Source: Octopus bimaculoides (taxonomy: Eukaryota). Taken from it: a stretch of DNA of 42,637 nucleotides. The position numbers and the translations under genes are program-made. Positions 9,862 to 22,004 of the stretch are shown piece by piece (within the stretch, counting starts at the first letter, position 1; every line of letters starts with the position of its first letter). The stretch spans positions 85,545,712 through 85,588,348 of the forward strand of contig NC_068985.1 in assembly GCF_001194135.2 (NCBI RefSeq), in the 5' to 3' direction. Below the pieces are notes generated by a model. That model saw nothing but the letters and a program-made list of their open reading frames with translations, did no database searches and was not told the origin of the DNA.

Positions 9862-9986
9862 ACCGAATAATTGTCACATATTAATTACAGATAAATTCCT
9901 CTATTTACATAATATCGAGGTCTCTTTCTTTCTTTTATTGTCTTACCTTTTTCTATCTATCTATCTATATATATATATATATGTAT

Positions 9987-10075
9987 NNNNNNNNNNNNNN
10001 NNNNNNNNNNNNNNNNNNNNNNNNNNNNNNNNNNNNNNNNNNNNNNNNNNNNNNNNNNNNNNNNNNNNNNNNNNN
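9987..10075. other. Assembly gap
   Basis: Run of N. Confidence 1.
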
Positions 10076-10081
10076 ATGTAC

Positions 10082-10112
<31 letters not shown>

Positions 10113-10394
10113 GAGTTATTAATATTTCTAAGTCTCTCTAAAGGAGATGTTTGTTCTTTGTTTCTTCATATTTCCAGTGTATGCGTGTGGGAGGAGGGGG
10201 TTTGGTATGTATGTGGGTGTATCTGTTTGATGAAAGCAACAAGTCAAACAATGTCGGATGTCCCTTCAGTGATAACGATTCTTTATCATATATTTTGGAA
10301 ATTAATTTCATTTTTTGCACAGATTGATCGTTAGACCCTCCTTCAGTAAAATGCCCTTTGTTTTTAGTTCTTCACATTGTAAAAACAAATTCCA

Positions 10395-10515
10395 TTGATA
10401 TCACCTTTGTGTCTCATCCTTTTGGGGGTCATGAAAGTAGAGTACCAGTCATAAGCTGAGGTCAAGTTCATTAACTATCCTCATCACTCCTTTCAAAATT
10501 GCTGGCCTTGTGAAT
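10395..10515 (+). mobile_element. SINE fragment, family C (3' half)
   Basis: CATCCTTTTGGGGGTC...AGTACCAGTCA...AAAATTGCTGGCCTTGTG, shared with the copies at 11355-11460(-) and 40476-40672. Confidence 0.6.
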
Positions 10516-11287
10516 AAATTAGGAACCATTATTTATAGTTTGTTTCCTCCTCTCGAATTTCTGTCAGCATATTTACATGCAGATTGGTACCATTATTCCT
10601 TTATTTTTCAATTCATATATTTGTCTGTTTATCTCTGCTCTTCTCACATTTTCAGCCTCTCTATTCTTCTAATATTCCTTCACTATCTTTCTTCTGTTAC
10701 CATTTCCCTCCTTCTCTCTCACCTTCTCCTTCTTTCTGTCTTACCATAACTTCATCTCTTCTTCCCCAGTTACCATTCTCTCATTCCTAAACCTCCCTTC
10801 CTACAGCTCTCTCCTGTCACCATTCCCCAACTCCCTCTCTTACTATCTTTCCCTCTTGTGTTATCAATCTTCCATCTCCCTCTCTCTCTCTCCTTCACTG
10901 CTTCTCTCCCTGTCTTCACAAAATAAATACTTTCTTGGGTCAGACTCCAGTAATTTCAATGTAACCAATGAAAAGCTAGCACAACAAAAGTCCCATTTAG
11001 CCGAATGTTGTGTGAGTGAAGAACCAGTCCTGTAGAGAAATATAGGTTGGCAACTAACGATAGCAAAAGCTTTACGTGCAATCTTACACCAACTAAACTA
11101 AAATAAAGAAATAAAAATCTACAGAAACAAACTAACATTGTTCTGAACTCAAAATCCTTTTAACCACACAAGAAAATAGTCATGTTTGGAAGTTGCTGCA
11201 TTCTTCAACCAAATTCTCAAAGCTGGTGTTTAATCTATTTATATTTCCAAGCGTTAATTATGTGAGTGTGTGTGTGTGTGTGTGAAC

Positions 11288-11297
11288 NNNNNNNNNN
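11288..11297. other. Assembly gap
   Basis: Run of N. Confidence 1.
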
Positions 11298-11329
<32 letters not shown>

Positions 11330-11354
11330 TGCAGTATGAATAATAATGACTCCT

Positions 11355-11460
11355 GATTAAGGCCCAAGGCCAGCAAACTGGAGGTGGGGTGGGGGCGAGT
11401 CGATTACGTCAACCCCAGTATGTGACTGGTACTTTATTGTCTGGACCCTGAAAGGATGAG
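11355..11460 (-). mobile_element. SINE fragment, family C
   Basis: AAGGCCAGCAAA...GTCGATTACGTCAACCCCAGT...CTGGTACTTTATT...GACCCTGAAAGGATG is the reverse of the family C 3' half. Confidence 0.6.
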
Positions 11461-11579
11461 ACACAAATAGTGATTTTTTTTTCATTAAAAATAATAAGAA
11501 ATAATTATATACAATTACATAAATACAAACACATGTTTGTAAGTGGAGGCATGATTGTTTGATAGGAAGTTTACTTTTC

Positions 11580-11896
11580 AATCATAGTTTCAGGTTCAAT
11601 CCCACTGCACTGTACCTTGGATAAGAGTCTTCCACTTTAGCTCCATGTACAATTAAAACTTTGTGACTTGTGAGTGGATTTTGCTGATGGAAACTGAAAG
11701 AAGCCAGTCACACACACACACACATAAATATAAGTGCAGGAGTGGCTGTGTGGAAAGAAGCTCGCTTCCCAACCACATGGTTCTGGGTTTAGTCCCACCG
11801 TATGGCACCTTAGGCAAATGTCTTCTACTATAGCCTCAGACTGACCAAAGCCTTGCGAGTGGAGTTGGTAGATAGAAACTAAAAGAAGCCTGTCGT

Positions 11897-11928
<32 letters not shown>

Positions 11929-12200
11929 GTGTGTGTGTGTGTATGTATGTATTTGTGTGTCTGAGTTTGTCCCCCCACCATCTCTTGACAACTAATGTTG
12001 GTGTGTTTACTTCCCTGTAACATTAGCAGTTCGGCAAAAGAGACTGATAGAATAAGTACTAAGCTTACAAAGAATAAGTCCATGGGTTGATGTATTGGAC
12101 AAAAGACAGTGCTCCAGCGGCTTTAAAAAAATAAAACATTTCAAGATGGTGCCCCAGCATGGTTGCAATCCAATGATTGGAATGAGTAAAAGATTAAAAA
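11580..12200 (+). mobile_element. Tandem SINE family A copies (partial head followed by a near-complete copy)
   Basis: GGTTCAATCCCAC head near 11594. Second head GCAGGAGTGGCTGTGTGG...GGGTTTAGTCCCAC near 11736, then (CA)/(TG) centre and tail GTGCCCCAGCATGG. Confidence 0.75.
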
Positions 12201-12276
<76 letters not shown>

Positions 12277-12277
12277 C
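12200..12277. repeat. (CT)n microsatellite
   Basis: Directly visible. Confidence 0.95.
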
Positions 12278-13747
12278 CCTTTATCTTCCATTCTTTCAAG
12301 GTTGATAAAGTACCAGTCAGGTTCTGGGTTTAATTTCTTTCTCTGTTTCCTTTTAGGAATCCACTGCAAGAAAAGTGTGGGGGACAACTTCTTTCCTTCA
12401 TGGTTGGCCACTTGCATTCAATCACACTGGAGTGTGATCAATGAAGATCAATGAGCTTCAATGAGGGTGCATGCTACATGAAGAGGACGATGTGTATTTA
12501 TTGTAGAGATTCCTATTGTTTATCACAAGGTTGGTTTATAAAAGGTGACATTAATGCTATAACTGCAATGAATTCAACCCTAACATGAAAACTTTTCAGT
12601 AGAAAGAAAAGACAAAAAAAGAAAAAAAACAATTGCAAGAAAATAGTTTCGAGTGTTAAAGTGTAGAAATAAAAGAAAAGAGGGAAGTAATGTGACAAAA
12701 GTATCTTTGATAGTTTGAATATCTTTGATGAGAAAATAAAAAGAAGAAATGTAAGGAAATAGAAGATTGAAGAAAAAACATTGAATATTTGTCTACAAAA
12801 AAGAAAGGATGACTTTGTAATTATAGAGACAGGATTCTGTAGGAAAAAAAGAATAATTTTGAATTTACTCAAATCAATTTATGCATTTTAAATCTATTTA
12901 GAATATGTGTCTATCAGTATAATAAAAAAATAATGGAGTAAAGCATTGCAATTTTGAACTATAAAGAAAGCATATTATCTATGCATTTATTGCCTGTCAG
13001 GCAACTGGGAAGATTTTTGTGAGAATGAGAGTAGAGTCTAGAACCCATAATAGTACTTAGAAAAGTATTTATTTTATTAATCCCAGTGGAATAGAGTTAT
13101 GAAATTTTAAATCTTAATGCAGTAACAGTAAAAGCTAAGAGTGTAAAGCTAGTAGACAGAAAGAGCAAGGAGAGGAACTGATAAAACAATCATTTTAACC
13201 ATTTACGATTCCAACACCTTTTTTATTTATTTATTTTTACTAGAACATGTACTTGAGAATCATTTCTTTCCTGTCTTCTTTGAGTGTGAGCTGGTAACAA
13301 ATGAAAATTCCATTTTGTATCAAACAATATTTTAAGCCAACAATGGAACTTTGACATGATCACACAACCTGAGAGAAATTTTTGGTCTGAGATGTTATAG
13401 AATATAGAATAAATTGATCCCCTCACTGATTTGGTATTTTTGGCTTTGTGCCAATGGACAAAAAAATGGGACTTATATTGTGTTGAGATAATTGACATTG
13501 TTACAAAATCATGGAAAGAGAAAACAGTAAAACACTCTACATCTTGCAAAGGTTTATCTTCATTGGGTGAGGTTTCATTAATGAAGTCATAAGTCTACCA
13601 AAACATGTCCAGAGTTGTCTCTCATACTCAAAGAATGAAACAATATAAATTGTTGATTAATATTGTTTACTCCTCACTAATTACTTCATGCTTATTTAAC
13701 TTTCTATGTTCCTTGTATTATGTTTAGACTAACTTAAGGATTCTCAA

Positions 13748-13784
<37 letters not shown>

Positions 13785-13930
13785 ACATGAAATCAACATC
13801 CCTTTTACATATGAATATTATAATTCATTCAGGTTTTGTTAGTAAGTAGGTTAAAATAAAATTAAATTGGGCTTGTTCTATTAAAATTATATCTGTGTAT
13901 ACATATGTACATACGTACATAAATACGTAC

Positions 13931-13969
<39 letters not shown>

Positions 13970-14514
13970 AGCATGAATGTACTTTGGTTTGTTTTAGCCA
14001 TCATATGTAAAATCTATGTTGTTAATTGTTTTATATACGTGTATGTAAGTGTATGTAATATAATACAATACAATATAATATGTACGTGTGTGTGTGTGTG
14101 TGTGTGTGTGTGAGCTGAACATGATTTTTTTTTTATTCCTTTTATTATTAACCCTGAGACCCTGTGACTCAGTTCTCTAATCTATGTTCTCCTACCACAT
14201 TTGTGCATTCTCTTCTGAATTCTGTTTCCTATCCCCTGCACCCTTTCGTACTTAAAGTATTATATATCCCAGACATTATTATTATTAACAATAGCAATAG
14301 TAGTAGTAGTAGTAGTAGTAGTAGTATCACTGGTTGTGGTCCTTAAATAAATAATTCTCAAAACAATGGATATGCAATAAAAGTGGGTGAAATAGATTTA
14401 TTTTTAAATTACAACCCGTCAACATCTAATTAATCCTGTCTAAAATATCAACATGCATATGAAACAGTTTGCAGGTCCACACACACACACGTGTGTGTGT
14501 GTGTGTGTGTGTGT

Positions 14515-14810
14515 AAACATGGGTCTGTGTTCAAGAAGTTCACTTCCCAATGATATGGTTTCAGGTTCAGTCCCATGGCATGGCCCCTTCTGTTATAGCT
14601 CTGGATCGACAAAGGCTTTGTGTGTAGATTGAGTAGATGGAAACCCATCATAAAGTATGTGTGTATATGTGTGGTAGAGAAGATTGCTTACCAACAAACA
14701 ATAAGGGCTTCAGATCACTCACACTGCATGACACTTTAGACAAATAATTTCTACTAAAGCTCTGGGCCAGCCAAAGTGGATTTTCTATAATGAATGTGAA
14801 AGAACCCCAC
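14515..14810 (+). mobile_element. Two degenerate SINE family A heads in tandem
   Basis: CTTCCCAATGATATGGTTTCAGGTTCAGTCCCATGGC near 14545 and a second degenerate head near 14670. Confidence 0.55.
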
Positions 14811-14811
14811 T

Positions 14812-14922
14812 GTATGTATGTATGTATGTATGTATGTATGTATGTATGCATGATGTATGTATGAATGTGTGTATATGTATGTGTGTGTTTGTGTGAGTGT
14901 GTATGTATGTATGTATGTATAT
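14812..14922. repeat. (TATG)n/(TG)n microsatellite
   Basis: Directly visible. Confidence 0.9.
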
Positions 14923-15424
14923 AAAAAGATCTAAATATATTTTGCAACAACATGTCAAGTCAAAAGGAAATATTTTTTTTTGGAAGCATGAAAGGCATCC
15001 AGTTGTAAAATTATTATCTTAGTAAAATGTATCATTCTGACCCAACCAAGAAAAAAAAATGAATGAATGTATATAAGAAAGGCATCCAGCCATAAAAACG
15101 AAGCCAAAATTCAAACTTATAGGAGTTCATAAAGTGTGAGTTGAAAGAGGTCTGAATGCTATTTCGGGTATGTAAAGGGTCCTTTGGTGACTGTTTTTTT
15201 TTTACATTTTTAAAGGGTAAGTGTTGTTGTTTAACCCTGGGTCAACCCTGGTTCTTTATTCCTATCATCAAAAATGTTCCAGCTAAGACCACCTCGTCTC
15301 ATTTTTCAGATGATGCTTCTACAACTTCATTTGGAAATGTATCTTTTCCCTTTTCAATGGGGTATACTATGATTTTTAGGGAGATATACCTACTATTTCT
15401 AGCAAATCAAGTGATCGTGTTGAG

Positions 15425-15714
15425 CAGTGGTTCTCAATCATTTTTTTTCATCTAAGGACCCTATTTTACTTGAGTGGACCCTCATAGCTGTTCTATTTTA
15501 AAAATCCTATTATATTTTTTAGGAATTGTATCTAAAAAATTGCTAAAATATTCGGTGCATTGTAGAAATATAAGCAATTTATTGCTCATGAATTTTAACA
15601 ACATAATCTTAGATGGACCCCCAAAAGATCCTATAGTTCCCCAAGGGTTATATGATCCCCCAAGGGTTATATGATCCCCCAAGAGTCATATGAACTTCTG
15701 GTTGAGAATTACTT
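15425..15714. mobile_element. hAT/Charlie-like MITE
   Basis: Termini CAGTGGTTCTCAA ... TTGAGAATTACT form an imperfect TIR resembling Charlie-type ends. No 8-bp TSD is visible. Internal tandem of about 20 bp (CAAGGGTTATATGATCCCC) at about 15640-15695. Confidence 0.55.
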
Positions 15715-16337
15715 ATGTGGAAGTGCCTTTGTTGCAGCATTTGCATTTATGAGTGTTTGGGTAGGTGTGTATGCGTGCCAGGAGGTAAGAGGTATGTGTG
15801 TGTGTCTGTTTGTCTATGTTTGATTTTGTAGGGTTTAAAGCAAACTGATTGTCCTCAACACAATCCAACAATGGTTCACCTTTGACCCCAACTGACAGAG
15901 ACATTGAGACTTAACAAATACTAAATGTGAAATAATAGACTAAATTAAAATCTCATTCTTTCCAGGCCAGACCCCAACAATGACATTAAATTTAACCTTT
16001 TTTTAATTTTAATTTTATTTATTTCACATTAAAATGCAGAAACTAACATATAAGCAAATTATTTAATTATCACCAGGTTAACGAGAGAAAATGGAAATCT
16101 CCAGCATAATTTAGAACCCCCCCCCCAAAAAAAAAAACTACTGTGGATCTCTGGTTTACAATACCTCTATTTTGGTAAATGTGGCACCCAAAATATGTTT
16201 AATGGTTAATCAGAGTTTAGATAGACGGTGTGTGTATATGTGTGTGTGTGTGCACATACATGCATTTGTGTGAACTTACATGTGTGTGAGTGGTAGGAGT
16301 TTCTTGTGTGTATTACAGTCAGTCTGCAAACCATCTA

Positions 16338-16372
<35 letters not shown>

Positions 16373-16619
16373 CTCTCACACACACACACACCTGGTAAGA
16401 TACTCTCATGAATTCTACTTTCTTTACTGCTAATTATCCATGATAGTAACTGCAGCATGTTACCTGAATCAACAATGCAGCTTCCAATCTAGAAGACCTA
16501 CTAATGATATGATCTTCCTTCACAACTGTCAAGAACACAACACTGCTTTATGTTATATAATATCATATAATATATGCTTTATATCATTCTCATTTCTTTA
16601 AACAAGTAATTCAACAGAC

Positions 16620-17560
16620 CATTCCAAGGTAAATACAATGACACCGAAGATGGTCTGCAAAGCAAATTGCGTTATGTGTTGCATGTTACGCAATTGTGCA
16701 ACCAGTTTCATCCTCATGAACCAGATGGGTACTGGATTGTTTCAAAACACTGAAAAGAAACAGAGATGCATCTTAACAGCAACTCTATTTGCATATTCGA
16801 CAGAGCATTCAGGGGCACCAAACAAATCATCAGTTTTTATATATATCATGGAGATCAGGCACAGTAAGTTGTTCAATATCAAAAAATTGAAAGTTGTAGA
16901 GGAGGATCTACAGACAAAATAAATTTAACAGTAACAATCAACGTTGGTCGTTTGATGAACACAAATAAGACAGATGTTATGTTTCAAATTGTCTGTGACC
17001 AGTTTATCACCAGCCAGAGATATGAATGGCATCATACTCCAAGTCTGTGAACGTTACAAATACTTAGGATGTTACACCTCAAAAACACTTTAATAAAAAC
17101 AGAAAACAAAGAACATACTATGCTTAGTCAACTTAACTTATGGTTTTCTACAAAGCTACAAAGATGCCTTGCTCATCCGTCTATCCCTGAGAAACCTGAT
17201 CTCGAAACTAGAGACATGACATATCCACTGGTAAGGAAGGCTATGGTCCATACTTCAGAGCAAATAACAAGACCAACTGTCCAACAAGGAAGTCCTAAAT
17301 GTGAACAACAAATACCAGCATTGAAGATGTAATAAAATAAAAACTGGGGTTAGTGGAACACCTTATACATAAGCCTGACACTCAACTTCCTGATCGAGTG
17401 TTTTATTGGGAATTAGAAACAGGAGTCCAAAAGAAGAGATAATGAGAGTAGCTCAAGTATACTCACACACCTGCTGCAATGATTGGATGCATAGAAACTG
17501 TGTGGAAGCTACCTGTAAATTAGAAATCTTCTGTGAATTGTGCTAAAAATATTTTCAGTC
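16620..17560 (+). pseudogene. Heavily decayed RTE-like LINE, RT and C-terminal region
   Basis: Fragments NDTEDGLQSKLRYVL, ILQVCERYKYLGCY (about 17054) and IEDVIK*KLGLVEHLIHKPDTQLPDRVFYWELETG (about 17320-17425) match the RTE RT end and the RWLGH...RLPKxVFYGEL region. Many frameshifts. Confidence 0.65.
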
Positions 17561-17606
17561 TTTCAAAATTTGCTTGAGTATCGAAAATAACCCCAACAAA
17601 TCTCAA

Positions 17607-17607
<1 letters not shown>

Positions 17608-17643
<36 letters not shown>

Positions 17644-17718
17644 TATAATAATCATAATAATAATAATAATAATGATGATGATAATAATGACAAAGATGAT
17701 GATAATGATGATGATGAA
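17608..17718. repeat. (AAT)n/(GAT)n microsatellite
   Basis: Directly visible. Confidence 0.95.
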
Positions 17719-17809
17719 AGTGCTCTCTCTCTCTGACAGGTTACCTATACAACTAAGTGCCTTATAGGTGTGAAACTAATATTCACTCTTTGACTGGCCA
17801 TAACAAGCA

Positions 17810-17855
<46 letters not shown>

Positions 17856-17894
17856 CACATGTGTGTGTGTGTGTTTGGTGCGTGTGTCTTCATC

Positions 17895-18115
17895 AATGTC
17901 CACTTTTCTATGCTAGTATGGGTAAGGTAGAATTCATTGAGGCAGATCTACTTTCACTAGCTCCTTTCCTCTCATCAACCATCACTTTTTCAAGCAAGGT
18001 AATATGTCCTCATAACCAGACATGTTTATATGGAAGATTGGCAACAAATAACGTTGCTTGTATGATGGTGAGGCATGCTTTGAGCTATCACATAATGCCA
18101 AAACAAAGGCACAAA
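17895..18115 (-). mobile_element. SINE-like repeat, family F
   Basis: Homologous to 1590-1830. Confidence 0.6.
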
Positions 18116-18149
18116 CACACATACATACATACAGATAGATATAAATATG

Positions 18150-18180
<31 letters not shown>

Positions 18181-19071
18181 AATTATATACATAATTATAT
18201 ATATATATATGTTCTGTTAATTTGTTGAAGTCCCTGTGATTCATTTGTTTCACCTGAACTAAAGAATAAATTCAGAAAAACTGATTTACAATTTTCTTTT
18301 CTCCTGACTTTGGTGTTTCTGATGGAATTTGAAACATATCTTTTGTGTTAATTAGAACTTGAGAATTATTAATTAAATCTGTAATCGTAATCCTTAGTAT
18401 GTAATGATTTTAAAATTAAAGTTGGTTTGTTCCCAAGAATTTACATAAATGTATTGTCACCATATAAAATGTCAATCGAACAGGATGTCAGAGTGACATC
18501 GGAAGCATGTCAGATAAATTTGCATCTTTGATGAGGAATTCATCTCTAATTTACGACTACAAATTGTTTTCCAATAACATTTTAAGTGGAGACATTAATC
18601 CTAAGTAGACACAAGGAAAATAATATGAAATAAAATCGAGAAAGATTTAAAAAAAACAAAAAAAAAAACAAATTCTTCAGCTTCTAAAATTCATAACTGG
18701 GCATATTTTTTTCTTTTCTTTTTCTTTTGTTGTTGCTTATGTCTTTCATAGTTGAAAACAACTTTAAAAAGTGGACAGATTGATGGGTTCTTCTTCATGA
18801 CTAGAAAAAATGTTTTTTATAAACTTAAACAGCTGCAATTCTATTAAGAATGCAAATATGCCCTATAATAGAATAGTGCTGATATATGTCAAAGAATCTA
18901 CTTTGCCAATCCTTCACACACATTGTACATCATCTTTATTTCTTTTCCAATGAAGGCGCTTACGTGAAACATCAGCCACTTCTTATAAAGCATCTAAACA
19001 CCACACGGAAGTTTATATTTCCAAAGCTGATGTAACCTCAAGGAGCTTTTGAGGATCACTGTTCCATTGTT

Positions 19072-19280
19072 GTTGTTGTTTAGCTTCAAGTTGGCCCTGT
19101 TTGAGCAAAAATATTCCCCCCTCCCCCCAAAAAGACTGTACCATCTAGATTTTTTTTTTCAGATATTATTTAACTGAATCAACCAATATGATTTTAGAAG
19201 TCATTTTAAGATGCAAGAATATGATTTAAAGCTAATTTGGTGACTATTTTTTACCAGCTCAAGTAACAACATTGAGCTTG
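19072..19280 (+). mobile_element. Family D repeat copy
   Basis: GTTGTTGTTTAGCTTCAAGTTGGCCCTG...GCTAATTTGGTGACTATTT; same motif order as 6588-6730. Confidence 0.5.
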
Positions 19281-20329
19281 TCTTGTTACCTCAATCCATT
19301 TTAGTCTCACAACAACAGACAAACCTCATCCTGGATTAGATTCTGAGACACAGAGGAAAAAATTCTCAATTAAAATATTAAATGCTATTTTTAGAATTTT
19401 CGAAGAAGAAACCATTTCTGAAAAGAAGGTGAAAATGTACTCAGCTGCCCCACATCAAGCACAACAAAATCAAAACAATAATCCATTTTTTACAATATTA
19501 AAAAAAGAAAACCCAACAAAAAGCATCTAATTTGTTGTTTTACTTTTTTTTTCTCACAAACTGACGTAAGTCAATAAATTTGTTCAACATAAAACTGCAT
19601 TTCACTTATTTCCTTCTTTATTCCAATCAATTTTCATTTTCTTTTTTCTCCAAAGTATTTGAGAAATTTAAAAATTAAAATTTTGTTTTGTTTTCAAAGT
19701 CTAGACAACAATTGGAGATATTCCATGTATTTATACAATCAAAGAGTGAAGCATGGTTGCTTACAGCAGGCCTTACCTCTAGTAATCAAGGGATTTCTCT
19801 ACTTTTTGTGCTTTTATTCAAATTTAAGTGAAATAAAGTGTAAAAGACACCAATACTTCCTCCCATTCCAATTCTAGCCAAAAGGGATTGGGGGTTGGAT
19901 GGAGTGGTATGTTTTATATTCTAGTGTTTTAATAGCAAATTTTAATTAAGTTGTCCATCAGGTCTCTTTCATATTGTATCTCTAAATCATCCAATTTCAC
20001 TCACATTGGATCAGCCCAAGTCTTTAGAGAATGCCATTTGCCCAATGACACCACAGAGTGGGATTGAAAATGGCTCCTTGTGGTTGAGAAGTAAAATTTT
20101 TAACTATAACGCACACAGAAACACACGCACACCTACCTACCTATCAATCAACCAATCAATCATTTTTCCATGCTCCCATAAGTCATGCATGTGTGTGTGT
20201 GTGTGTGCATGTTTCTGATATATTTGTATTGTTGCAGATGAACGAACAGTTAGAAAGATGAGGATGGCTTAGATAAATGCTGACAAGACATATATTGATA
20301 ATATTGAACCTGAGAAAGTCACTCAACCT

Positions 20330-20510
20330 GCTAGATATAGCAGCCAAATTTCCACTGTGTCATAAATACTACTGTTTCAAAAGAAAAGGAAGGACACATA
20401 AAGCCATCCTAGCAACACTAATACATTAAAATAGAAAGAGTGGATGGTCATGGTTAGTCAGTCTTTGATTATAAGTCTAAATCAATAAGTGATCTGGGAG
20501 ATAAACAACA
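20330..20510 (-). mobile_element. Family D repeat copy, reverse orientation
   Basis: GCTAGATATAGCAGCCAAAT...GGATGGTCATGG...TTTGAT...CTGGGAGATAAACAACAAAC is the reverse complement of the family D motifs. Confidence 0.55.
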
Positions 20511-21400
20511 AACAACCCATAAAATGAATTAGGAAGGATCCCCACCACCATCAATAAAAAAGATGAAGAAAACCACAACTCTGATGGTTATAATGATGAT
20601 GCTGATGACAAGGACAGCACTTGCTAAAAAAATAGACATAAATATAAACAGTGAAAAGATCTAAAGATATGGTTTTAGATATTCAAGATGAGAGTCTGAC
20701 AGTAAAAGGGTGACAGTATTTAAAAACTCCTCTTATCTTCCTCCTCCTCTTCCTTTTTCAAGCTGCACTTGACAGTTGAGTGGAGAATAAGAATTGGTAA
20801 AAGAAGGGAGGGCACAGAAATAAGCAAATAGGGCCTCATTGTCTTCTTCTGTAGACACTTTTGTTCCATTGACTTTTACATGATATCAGGCTGAGGTAGA
20901 CCAAGCAGTTTTTCTATGCTCTTGTAGCGGGGGTGGGGGTGGGGGTATTTTTTGTTTGTTTTCTTTTAAGTTATTTAATAATTCGTAGTGAATGGAGTGT
21001 AATAGATATAGGAATCCTGAAAACCGTTGGTCTTTTTTTCTGGACTATGTCAATGAAATGCAGATCTTTTTTCATGTGGTAAAATGTTATTTGAGGGAGG
21101 CTTGGATGTTATTTCTAGCAGACTGGCAACCGTCTAGATCAGGGGTTCTCAACCATTATTTTTATCTTTTGATCCCTTTCATTACTGTTTTTTTTCTTTT
21201 TTTTTTTCTGGGGTATTCCAGTACAATGGTTTCCTTTCAGCTCAATACTTCTCCTGTAGCTGTCTCACTAGGAAGATGGTATCTGTAGTACTCTTCCCTG
21301 GCACAAAAAAAACCAAACTGCCTCAGATCTTGTCTATTTCTGTTCCCAATCAATTGGACTATAATTCTCTCTGTAACTTTCATGACTTCTTCCTGGAGTT

Positions 21401-21452
21401 TCATACCTCTGTAATTGTTTCTAAGCTCATACCTCTGTAATTGTTTCTAAGC
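21401..21452. repeat. Perfect 26-bp tandem duplication
   Basis: TCATACCTCTGTAATTGTTTCTAAGC occurs twice in a row. Confidence 0.95.
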
Positions 21453-21965
21453 TATCTCCTTTACTCTTGTAGCAGTTACCTATAATGGCTGCTGCACTGC
21501 CTGCCTCTTCTCATAGTTCAATCCCCTTGTCCACTTGCATGAAGATGACCCCTCCCCATTACATGGTTTGTAAGTCTTGCAAGCTGCATGGCGACCTCAA
21601 CAGTGCAATGCGACATGAGAAAAAAAAAGCTTCAGTCCATGATATATATATGTGACAAGATTGTGGAAGTCTTCAATGTATTTTCAGGAATACAATGATG
21701 ATAAATTGAATATGCACCCCCACCCCACACACACAAAGTTATCCTTTGATTCATATTTTGGCTTGAACCAAATGTGTCTTAAACTGTCCTCACTCTGCTG
21801 GCATTCAGCAAGGACTCACAATTCAAAGCAAGGATAATCTGAACAATCTATTTTGATAACCCAAAACATAGAAATGGATTTCATTGCAAAATAAAGAAGG
21901 GAAGAAAAAATAATATTGCAATTCCTTATGTTGTGAAAAGTCTAGCAGCCTTAAACTATATTTAG

Positions 21966-22004
<39 letters not shown>

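Larger units (their letters stand above)
9362..9893. mobile_element. Non-autonomous Penelope-like element made of two inverted pLTR-like arms of about 128 bp
   Basis: 9362-9489 is the reverse complement of 9765-9893 with few mismatches. Each arm carries an HHR motif. Confidence 0.8.

Noticed and set aside
12356-12454. Strong pyrimidine tract plus AG at about 12356 suggesting an exon
   Set aside because: All three frames stop within about 100 nt, no peptide was recognised, and it lies right beside a SINE and (CT)n tract.
16464-16525. Possible 62-nt minus-strand exon (VKEDHIISRSSRLEAALLIQ) bounded by AG/GT
   Set aside because: Too short to identify, with no partner exons; such signals are expected by chance.
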